A stretch of 56,111 nucleotides of DNA, from the IMG/VR virus record IMGVR_UViG_3300027712_000037, positions 1 through 56,111 of that record; one strand, given 5' to 3'. This stretch comes from a virus (Duplodnaviria; Caudoviricetes). Both the position numbers and the translations under genes were made by a program. The notes under the pieces are model-generated. The model did not search any database, had not been told where the DNA came from, and saw nothing but the letters and a program-made list of their open reading frames with translations. How positions within the stretch are numbered: the first letter of the stretch is position 1; each line of letters begins with the position of its first letter. Positions 49,330-56,111 of this stretch are shown here, piece after piece.

Positions 49330-49893
49330 TTCTTCTAACAAGTTCATATGAACTCCAACTAGAGTAGCATAAGAAATTGCATGTGCTTTTTTAAACTGAT
49401 ATCCATCATCGGCTTTATCCCATACTGTTTTACTTATTTCTGACCAAAATTTACCAATTAAATGTTTTTTGGCAGGACGAATCAATGCTAAAAACATTGC
49501 TAGTCTAGGAATACTATTAACAGGCTCAGGCATTTTCTGCAATGATTGATAATGATTTCCTAGATGAATCAATTTTTCCACAAACTCTTTATTTTTTAAG
49601 TTATCCCAATTTGGATTACGCATTAATTCAACTAAATGTAGTTCATCCTTGACTTGATTATATACATGAACATTCAACAAATCTAACTTAAAATACCCGC
49701 GCTGTTCAGCATCTGAATAGTCAATAGCTGCCATATCATTAACAGGGTCATATGGAATTTGAGTGACATGTATACCTGTAGCATGTTTACGCTGTGGTTT
49801 AACTTTACGCATTGCGGCGGGGATATACTTAATATGTTGGAGAATCTTTTCTCTATCCCCAAAATCAATATCAACATCCGATTGAATTTTCAT
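49273..49893 (-). CDS. dnaE: DNA polymerase III alpha (DnaE)-like catalytic fragment
   Basis: SDVDIDF, KHATG, GYFKLDLL, LALIRP and GYQFKKAHAISYA match DnaE PDxDxD, HAxG, KxDFLGL, ALxRPG and YGFNKSHxxxYA; ATGA overlap at 49890-49893. Confidence 0.88.
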   Translation of the reverse strand: MKIQSDVDIDFGDREKILQHIKYIPAAMRKVKPQRKHATGIHVTQIPYDPVNDMAAIDYSDAEQRGYFKLDLLNVHVYNQVKDELHLVELMRNPNWDNLKNKEFVEKLIHLGNHYQSLQKMPEPVNSIPRLAMFLALIRPAKKHLIGKFWSEISKTVWDKADDGYQFKKAHAISYATLVGVHMNLLEESRHSFDKSDTSALTSTLV

Positions 49894-50582
49894 TGATTGC
49901 TTTTCCAAATATTGTCAATATTTCTTACATCCTCAATTATATCATTGTCTAGATAATGAAGCAATAGAGCAGGTCTTGATTTGGGTAATGGATTAGGCAT
50001 ACTACTGTGTAAAACTCTACAATTATAAAATAGTACCGTGCCTTTTGGCATATTAGGTTGTATACTATGCTCTAAGAAAAAATCATTATATAATCCTTCG
50101 TAGCACAAATTAATATTAAAATCTTTTAATTGACTTTGAGGGACTAACCCTGTACTAGCAGAATTTTTATCGATATCGGTTAATGAAATAATACATTGTA
50201 TTCCCAATAGTCTTTTATCGTAATTGTATTTTTTAAATCTATGAGGTGTATCAATATGCGGGTTTAACCAAATACTTTCTTTTTCAATTACGACAATATC
50301 GCTAGAATAAAATTCCGCATTAGGTAAATAATTTTTAATTAATGGATTTAATAGTTTTTCTATTTCTAAAACTTCGGGCCAATTAATAACAGTTTGTGAC
50401 CACCAAACCGCTATGTCAGGTAAGTTTTTAATATCTTCTTTTTCAGCATATTGCATCGTGCTACTAGACGCACGAACTGGTGAAATTTCATCTAACCTAT
50501 TAACTACATTGTCAATTAATTCTTCTGAAATAAAATTTTTAGCTAAAATATAGCCGCTACCATCTATTAATTCATTATGCAT
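49890..50582 (-). CDS. PhyH-like 2OG-Fe(II) dioxygenase
   Basis: PHID...GLVPQS...PKGTVLFYN.RVLHSSMPN....R.ALL. Confidence 0.85.
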   Translation of the reverse strand: MHNELIDGSGYILAKNFISEELIDNVVNRLDEISPVRASSSTMQYAEKEDIKNLPDIAVWWSQTVINWPEVLEIEKLLNPLIKNYLPNAEFYSSDIVVIEKESIWLNPHIDTPHRFKKYNYDKRLLGIQCIISLTDIDKNSASTGLVPQSQLKDFNINLCYEGLYNDFFLEHSIQPNMPKGTVLFYNCRVLHSSMPNPLPKSRPALLLHYLDNDIIEDVRNIDNIWKSNQ

Positions 50583-50583
50583 A

Positions 50584-50850
50584 CTAAGTAAACTTTAATA
50601 AAAACATGACATATTTTTTTTCATCCACTACTTCGTAACCATCAGTAATTTTTCCACCCATTAGGTGCATTTTAATGCCATATACATTTGTTATATATTC
50701 TTCAAATTCATATGCGTCAAAATTTGTTTTATCAGCAAGATATTCTGCCCTGATTTTTTTAAGTGCGTTCCAATAATTCCAACGATTATTTCTACGGTCT
50801 ATTTCAGGATCGTCATCATCATAATCTTTAAAGGATTTAATTATTGTCAT
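50584..50850 (-). CDS. small hypothetical protein (FxLK[FW] tail)
   Basis: Ends VVDEKKYVMFLLKFT. Confidence 0.7.
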   Translation of the reverse strand: MTIIKSFKDYDDDDPEIDRRNNRWNYWNALKKIRAEYLADKTNFDAYEFEEYITNVYGIKMHLMGGKITDGYEVVDEKKYVMFLLKFT

Positions 50851-50854
50851 AAAA

Positions 50855-51082
50855 TTAACTCCATTTCAACATAAACCAAGTAACATCACTTTCATTTTCA
50901 AAATGCCAAGTATACGAATCAAATTGATGTGGACCTCCCCAAAAAGTACACCAAGTGCCATTTCTATTCTTAATAGCGTCCCACCTAGGTCCAAATTGTT
51001 CAGTACACCATTGAGTAGCTTCCCAATGATTTGCCTTTTTAGTCAAAACCAAATGCCAATCTAATGTTGGTGATCCTCTCAT
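50855..51082 (-). CDS. small FxL[RK]W-family protein
   Basis: WCTEQFG...WHFENESDVTWFMLKWS. Confidence 0.72.
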   Translation of the reverse strand: MRGSPTLDWHLVLTKKANHWEATQWCTEQFGPRWDAIKNRNGTWCTFWGGPHQFDSYTWHFENESDVTWFMLKWS

Positions 51083-51477
51083 GATGAAAATTTACTACTC
51101 GATAATCTAATTAAAAACAAACTAATAGACAGTACCAAAGTAGCTCCAGCTAATATTAATACATTCATCATTTGTTCATGACCAATGGCTATTAAATCTA
51201 CCATGTGTCTTGTTAGTGCTGTAATAGCAATATATATCAGAAAACGCACTGGCATGTGATTAGTTTTAAAATAGATACCAACCATAGCACCAATTTCTAA
51301 ATAAATGAACAACAATAATAGATCATTTATATTAGCCCGATTTTGAGTAAACATCTCTAAAAAGCTAGTACCGGCGCTCCATACAGTAGCAGTACCAATA
51401 CCGAATAATGCTAGTCTATGAAATATGCCTACTAAGACATTTCCTATATTATCTACACGGTCTAATTGTTTTTCCAT
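51079..51477 (-). CDS. psiE: phosphate-starvation-inducible PsiE-like membrane protein
   Basis: DLLLLFIYLEIGAMVGIYFKTNHMPVRFLIYIAITALTR. Confidence 0.88.
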   Translation of the reverse strand: MEKQLDRVDNIGNVLVGIFHRLALFGIGTATVWSAGTSFLEMFTQNRANINDLLLLFIYLEIGAMVGIYFKTNHMPVRFLIYIAITALTRHMVDLIAIGHEQMMNVLILAGATLVLSISLFLIRLSSSKFSS

Positions 51478-51478
51478 T

Positions 51479-51673
51479 TTATCCCCATCTTAACATAAAC
51501 CAATTAGTATGGCTAGGTTCACGAAATGTCAACACCATACCTTCTCTAGGATGATAGCCTAATGTTTGCCAACACCATTCATCCATATCTTCAGTGGTAT
51601 CTCCATCAAAAAATTCATAGTCTCTTATGATGACTACTAGGCTGTCGGCTTGATTGGCTTTTAATAGTTTCAT
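51479..51673 (-). CDS. small FxL[RK]W-family protein
   Basis: Start MKLLK at 51673; WCWQTLG...LTFREPSHTNWFMLRWG. Confidence 0.7.
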   Translation of the reverse strand: MKLLKANQADSLVVIIRDYEFFDGDTTEDMDEWCWQTLGYHPREGMVLTFREPSHTNWFMLRWG

Positions 51674-51977
51674 CCCCATCTCAATATAAACCAATTACAT
51701 AGAAGTTTAATTAATTCATCCATAATTCGTACATTGTAATAAGTTTACTAGACCAAATAGTTATTTGAACATGTTTAGTTCCAGCCATAAAATCCCAGCC
51801 GTCACCACGCTGTCCAAAATTTCTACGACACCATTGAATAATTTCTTTATGTTTGTCTTTAACGACAAATGTAATTCCTGTATGGTCTCGTGGATTTTTG
51901 TATTCTATCATGTCAACACATTCAATGATAGGTGATAAGTGATTAAATTCGTTCATCCCCATCTCAATATAAACCAA
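51669..51977. repeat. exact 26-bp direct repeat (51669-51694 and 51952-51977)
   Basis: ttcatccccatctcaatataaaccaa twice; degenerate copies at 51481-51506 and 50861-50879. Confidence 0.92.
51711..51956 (-). CDS. small hypothetical protein (WC..NFG motif)
   Basis: Start MNEFN via ATGA overlap; IIQWCRRNFGQRGDGWDF. Confidence 0.7.
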   Translation of the reverse strand: MNEFNHLSPIIECVDMIEYKNPRDHTGITFVVKDKHKEIIQWCRRNFGQRGDGWDFMAGTKHVQITIWSSKLITMYELWMN

Positions 51978-52165
51978 CTTGCTAGTTTAGCATCTTTAAA
52001 AGTAAATTCACATTTTTTTGGAACTTCGCCTGTCATATAATCCCAAGTATTGTGAAAATACCTAAACTCATAATGCTCATTAGCAACCAATCCATGTGAT
52101 TTTAATTCACCAAGTATTAAACTAATTTCATTACTGGTTTTATTGTATACTGTAACAGTGTTCAT
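51953..52165 (-). CDS. small FxL[RK]W-family protein
   Basis: ATGA overlap; FTFKDAKLASWFILRWG. Confidence 0.72.
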   Translation of the reverse strand: MNTVTVYNKTSNEISLILGELKSHGLVANEHYEFRYFHNTWDYMTGEVPKKCEFTFKDAKLASWFILRWG

Positions 52166-52410
52166 GACCAACGCAAAACAAACATTAAGTAGTCCCGCTC
52201 ATATCGAAATTTAAAATTGAATGTGTCATTGGTTATCATCCATCTAGCATGTCTTTCACACTTTTCAATGTGATTGTAAACCCAATCTATAATTGATTCA
52301 ATATATTTAAGTTCTTGCGGGACTGAGGTGTGTAATGGTAATTTACATTCATACCAACCTGGTTTACATTCTTCCCATTGTTTTAATGATTCAATGTTAT
52401 AATAGTGCAA
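52162..52410 (-). CDS. small FxL[RK]W-family protein
   Basis: FKFRYERDYLMFVLRWS. Confidence 0.7.
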   Translation of the reverse strand: MHYYNIESLKQWEECKPGWYECKLPLHTSVPQELKYIESIIDWVYNHIEKCERHARWMITNDTFNFKFRYERDYLMFVLRWS

Positions 52411-52416
52411 GATTAA

Positions 52417-54432
52417 TCAAAAGGTTTTTGTAAGTTTGAATCCTACAGCCATGTCATTTTGACCCAGTTGACCACGATAATTCTGCCGAGCCTCTACAAA
52501 TGCCATAGTGTTAAACTCCTTAGAGTTTTGAAACTTATGATAAACACCTGTTCTAAGTTCATGTACATCTGCGGCTAGGTTAACACTACTATTCTGAATG
52601 ATATTGAATGAACTATCCAATCCAACAGGGGCGACCAAATCAGCATTAGCACGGTAGACACTAACAGGTTGATATACCATAACACCAACAGTGTTGTTGA
52701 TATTTAGTTTTTGCTCAAGACCTGCGGTCCATGCGTAACTTAGGACACTTCCGATTTTCTGAATGTTTTCACTGTGCGAGTTGGTCTTTGTGATACCATG
52801 GATAAAATTAGCATACAGGTTAGTACCAGTGTCAAATGCTTTGTTCATCTCAACACCAGCAAACTGTGTAGTGCTGTTATTGTTTTTACCATCACCTACA
52901 AAACTACCTACACTATTACCCAACCAGGTGTTAGTTTCGTTAAAGAATCCACCTGAAAACTTAACACTAGTATCACCAAATTGTTTAGTGTAAGCCAGTT
53001 CCAACATCATAGGTGATGTTTCTAAAAAGTTTGTGGTGTCACGGTAAATGCTCATCTCATATGAGCCTACTTGTACATTGGTTCGGTCATAGTATGTATT
53101 GAACAATGTATAAGGGTTGTGTGACTCATAGGGCATCATTGCCTGATGAGGATTGAAAGGATCGTCTTTCTTGTGTGCGGTAAACGATTTTCCATTGAGA
53201 TAGAAATCACGCTCAAAACTATCCACTACCATGATGCCACTTAGTTTACCTGTGCTAGCACTACCAGTCGCCGTATAGACAAGTGGTCGTGCGCTAGCAA
53301 GAGTAGTGCCAGCCAATCGACCTGTAGTTGGAATACCAACTGAACCAACTGGGCTAGTTGCTTTATCAAGATCCATTAGACCTTGACCCATAGTGTATAG
53401 ACTGTAGCCAGGCAGATTCTTGTTAGCAGTAACAAGCAACAACCTTACAATGTTAGCACCTGTCATCTGTGGCCACATCTGATGAATTAGTGCGGCGCCA
53501 CCTGAAACAGCGGGTGCTGCCATAGATGTACCGGACATTGTAACCAATCCAGTTGGATTGATAGGAGTCTTAAGTCCAGTGCTAATAATGCTAGTACCGG
53601 GAGCCATTAGAAAAAAGTCATATGCCTTGTACTTATCTTGGCAAACTGAATTCACCATAACTTGGCATAGATGCGCCGCGCCATTGGTTGATGGCCCAAC
53701 TGTTTTGTTGGTAACACTGTTCCAATTGCCTGCAATAATCATTCGACCACCCAACAACAAATTACCATTTGCGTCAGTAGCAGTAGCCAATTGAGTAATA
53801 CTATTAGACCATGCTGTAGCCTCATTACCTGCGGCTACAACCATTACCATTTCACCTTTAGTAGCACTAGCCCATACCTTAGCATCAAAGTCATAGGGCA
53901 ATTTGCCAGTGTTAGTATAAGATGTTTTATAGATACCCGGGGCAATCAATACAGGGGTAATTGTGTTACGGCTAATAGGGAATGTAACGCTCATATTAGC
54001 AACATCAGCGCCTAAAGTTGCTGCCCAATTAGCGGCAGTAAGAACTGTTGATGTGTTCATAGCACCATTATCAGTAATTTTGCCAATAATCAAACTAGCA
54101 TCATACGCAACACCTTGAACACCTACACCATTTTTTGCTGCTGCTGCAATGCCAGCAACATGAGTACCATGACCAACGCGGTCAACTATAGTTTTACTAT
54201 TAGTAAAATCTTTAATAGCTAGGATTTTATTTTTAAACTCATCATTACTAGTATCGATACCGGTATCTAAAATAGCAATTACACTACCTTTACCTGTATA
54301 TCCACGTGCATATGCTCCACTGGCATTAATTAAAGGTAAAGTACGACTAAGAGAATATTCTGTAGTGGTTTGGGAGTAGGATAAACTAGAACAAGCCAGT
54401 GCTACACTTGCAACCAACATTTTAAATTTCAT
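52417..54432 (-). CDS. secreted S8 subtilisin-like protease with probable C-terminal beta-barrel
   Basis: Signal peptide; triad ILDTGID / GHGTHVAG / SGTSMAAP; amphipathic strands ending GFKLTKTF. Confidence 0.9.
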   Translation of the reverse strand: MKFKMLVASVALACSSLSYSQTTTEYSLSRTLPLINASGAYARGYTGKGSVIAILDTGIDTSNDEFKNKILAIKDFTNSKTIVDRVGHGTHVAGIAAAAKNGVGVQGVAYDASLIIGKITDNGAMNTSTVLTAANWAATLGADVANMSVTFPISRNTITPVLIAPGIYKTSYTNTGKLPYDFDAKVWASATKGEMVMVVAAGNEATAWSNSITQLATATDANGNLLLGGRMIIAGNWNSVTNKTVGPSTNGAAHLCQVMVNSVCQDKYKAYDFFLMAPGTSIISTGLKTPINPTGLVTMSGTSMAAPAVSGGAALIHQMWPQMTGANIVRLLLVTANKNLPGYSLYTMGQGLMDLDKATSPVGSVGIPTTGRLAGTTLASARPLVYTATGSASTGKLSGIMVVDSFERDFYLNGKSFTAHKKDDPFNPHQAMMPYESHNPYTLFNTYYDRTNVQVGSYEMSIYRDTTNFLETSPMMLELAYTKQFGDTSVKFSGGFFNETNTWLGNSVGSFVGDGKNNNSTTQFAGVEMNKAFDTGTNLYANFIHGITKTNSHSENIQKIGSVLSYAWTAGLEQKLNINNTVGVMVYQPVSVYRANADLVAPVGLDSSFNIIQNSSVNLAADVHELRTGVYHKFQNSKEFNTMAFVEARQNYRGQLGQNDMAVGFKLTKTF

Positions 54433-54452
54433 ATAACACCCTTAATGAAAAA

Positions 54453-54677
54453 TTATTCCCAACGAAGCGAAAAGTAAATTGCGTCTTGACTATCAACAAA
54501 CAAAAAATCCATATAGTCTTGAGTTAGTGATGTTACATATTTAGATCCCGGTGTACCATAATTTTCAAGTGCCCAAATACAAACTTCATCCCAATCTGAT
54601 AATTCCATATTCTTACGCCAAGGAATGCGGACCTTGAATTTATAATCCGATTGCAATAAGTAATTCCTTAACATCAT
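54453..54677 (-). CDS. small FxL[RK]W-family protein
   Basis: CIWALENYG...FLFVDSQDAIYFSLRWE. Confidence 0.7.
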   Translation of the reverse strand: MMLRNYLLQSDYKFKVRIPWRKNMELSDWDEVCIWALENYGTPGSKYVTSLTQDYMDFLFVDSQDAIYFSLRWE

Positions 54678-55350
54678 TGACTACTTTTGGGTCGCGCCTG
54701 AATCTTAAAGTCCACTGCTCGGGACTTATGTAATCAATGATAAGTTTAACATGGTCTGGATTTATTGTATCTAGAAAATGGACACCTGACGCACTTTGGT
54801 ACAATAACCATGGGCTAATTTTCCCTTTTGTGACGGCATAGCAAATTTTATTTTTATTGCCATATCTTAAATAATCTTTATGTTGGATTCTTTCTATCTC
54901 GGCAAATTGCATAGTAGTTTCTACACTTCTATGAATAGCATCAAATGGATCTTCACTACGCAAGTATTCTATTAAAAATTTGGTATATACTACGTCAGAA
55001 CACCATTCATCAATTTTAATTTGATCTTTTAATAACCAATCTAAGTATCTACTTACATTGATAGCATTAATGTCGGTACAATATAAACCAAATTTTGAAA
55101 AAGCTGTATAATAAGGATTACGGATAAATTCTTCGTAGGTTTTATATTTTTTAGATGCACTATTTTTCTTATAGAATTCTATCCAAGCTTGAAAACCTAT
55201 TCTATTACTTTGTTTATCTTTTTCTAACCATCGATGTTTATATTCACATATATGTTTTAATACCGTGGTTTCACGAATAAACTCTCGTTTGCAAAATTCG
55301 CAACTAAATTTAGGTTTAGTCGTTTCCTCTGTCTTTTTCATACTGCTCAA
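54640..55350 (-). CDS. hypothetical protein with N-terminal zinc finger
   Basis: FSCEFCKREF.RE....KHIC; follows the clamp-loader-like gene. Confidence 0.7.
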   Translation of the reverse strand: MSSMKKTEETTKPKFSCEFCKREFIRETTVLKHICEYKHRWLEKDKQSNRIGFQAWIEFYKKNSASKKYKTYEEFIRNPYYTAFSKFGLYCTDINAINVSRYLDWLLKDQIKIDEWCSDVVYTKFLIEYLRSEDPFDAIHRSVETTMQFAEIERIQHKDYLRYGNKNKICYAVTKGKISPWLLYQSASGVHFLDTINPDHVKLIIDYISPEQWTLRFRRDPKVVNDVKELLIAIGL

Positions 55351-55906
55351 TATCCATGTCTGTTATTAATTGATTTAATACCTCTATATCTTCTATTTTA
55401 TAGTTAGGATATAGTTGACTAAGATATATTTTTCTTTTTTGATTGACCACAAAATCAGTAGCTAATTCTTGTAAAGTGTCTTTATTTAATTTAGGATATA
55501 TTTTTGCATAGTAGTCGTTAATATCTTTAACTTTAGCCGCTATTTTTAATTTACTAATACTAGGACTAATATTGGGAATCCATTGATGAAACTGTTTACC
55601 AAGACTCGGACTAGCAGCACAAAGCATTAGCCATTGTAATTTGGGATGTTTTTGCACATTTTCATTAAACATATATTTGTTGGCATAGTAATCAGTACTA
55701 CTAACATAATAATTTTGTAAATCTTTATTACCCTTAACCGCACTCATCCACATCAACAACATATAAGGAACAAATTTCTTTTGTTGTTCCTGAGTAAGCC
55801 TATCATAGTATCCATAGTCTTTTTTATCTAATGCAGCCAAAGCATTAAACAAATCAAAGTCATGGTTTTCAAATTTTTCGTCAATTGGAACTACAGATTT
55901 TTTCAT
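55316..55906 (-). CDS. probable clamp-loader small subunit (T4 gp62-like)
   Basis: DLF..L.A...K......KKFVPYML..WMS...N...HPKLQW..L......K.FH.WI. Confidence 0.6.
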   Translation of the reverse strand: MKKSVVPIDEKFENHDFDLFNALAALDKKDYGYYDRLTQEQQKKFVPYMLLMWMSAVKGNKDLQNYYVSSTDYYANKYMFNENVQKHPKLQWLMLCAASPSLGKQFHQWIPNISPSISKLKIAAKVKDINDYYAKIYPKLNKDTLQELATDFVVNQKRKIYLSQLYPNYKIEDIEVLNQLITDMDIEQYEKDRGND

Positions 55907-56111
55907 TAGAATGATTGATTGTAATCTACTATTTCACAATTTCTACTAACTTCTTTTACAAAAAAAACACATCTGGGTTTATGCCCATCTTCAATAGGTA
56001 CACAAAGAAACTGTCCGTTTTTTAATCTAGGAGCATACCAAGTTACATCATGATATACATCTATAATTTCAATTGGTTGAAATGATGGTCTAAATGAACT
56101 TAATGGATTAA
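55906..56111 (-). CDS. 3' end of a hypothetical protein entering from the window edge
   Basis: Hand translation ...NPLSSFRPSFQPIEIIDVYHDVTWYAPRLKNGQFLCVP...IVDYNQSF*; TAATG overlap with the next gene. Confidence 0.75.
   Translation of the reverse strand, partial: NPLSSFRPSFQPIEIIDVYHDVTWYAPRLKNGQFLCVPIEDGHKPRCVFFVKEVSRNCEIVDYNQSF

Noticed and set aside
51674-51977. ORF-track starts MVYIEMGM for two genes
   Set aside because: Off-frame reading of the repeated WFILRWG tail; the real starts are the overlapping ATGs at 51673 and 51956.
1125-54015. Many short antisense ORFs inside long genes (e.g. 1125, 3822, 12558, 44911, 53558)
   Set aside because: Fully nested opposite well-supported genes, with no RBS or recognisable motifs.
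1-56111. Stop-codon reassignment
   Set aside because: Long genes are intact and tightly packed under the standard code, and TAA, TGA and TAG all end genes.

Overview
This AT-rich, gene-dense window comes from a large T4-like myovirus (jumbo-type) using the standard genetic code. The host is probably a proteobacterium, inferred from IscA, PsiE, YccA-like and outer-membrane protease genes. It holds tail and neck genes (1286-aa sheath, tube, gp13/14/15-like, gp4-like, probable small terminase), baseplate and fibre proteins, a GH19 lysin, replication genes (helicase, primase, clamp-loader subunit, dNMP kinase, MazG, NUDIX, exonuclease) and host-like accessory genes. No tRNA, rRNA, CRISPR, integrase or reverse transcriptase was seen. 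Most notable: (1) a miniaturised DnaE core split without an intein into two end-to-end complementary ORFs 47 kb apart; (2) repeated hairpins that bury the RBS or start codon and carry a late (nnTAAATA) or sigma70 promoter inside, mostly at early/late boundaries; (3) an array of tiny 'F-x-L-[RK]-W' paralogs whose 3' ends form direct repeats, including an exact 26-bp pair around one gene; (4) a GC-rich three-hairpin leader, part of which recurs inverted in the divergent gene's leader; (5) a proline-free Gly-X-Ser fibre and a double beta-propeller adhesin. All calls are motif recognition by eye, and no searches were run.
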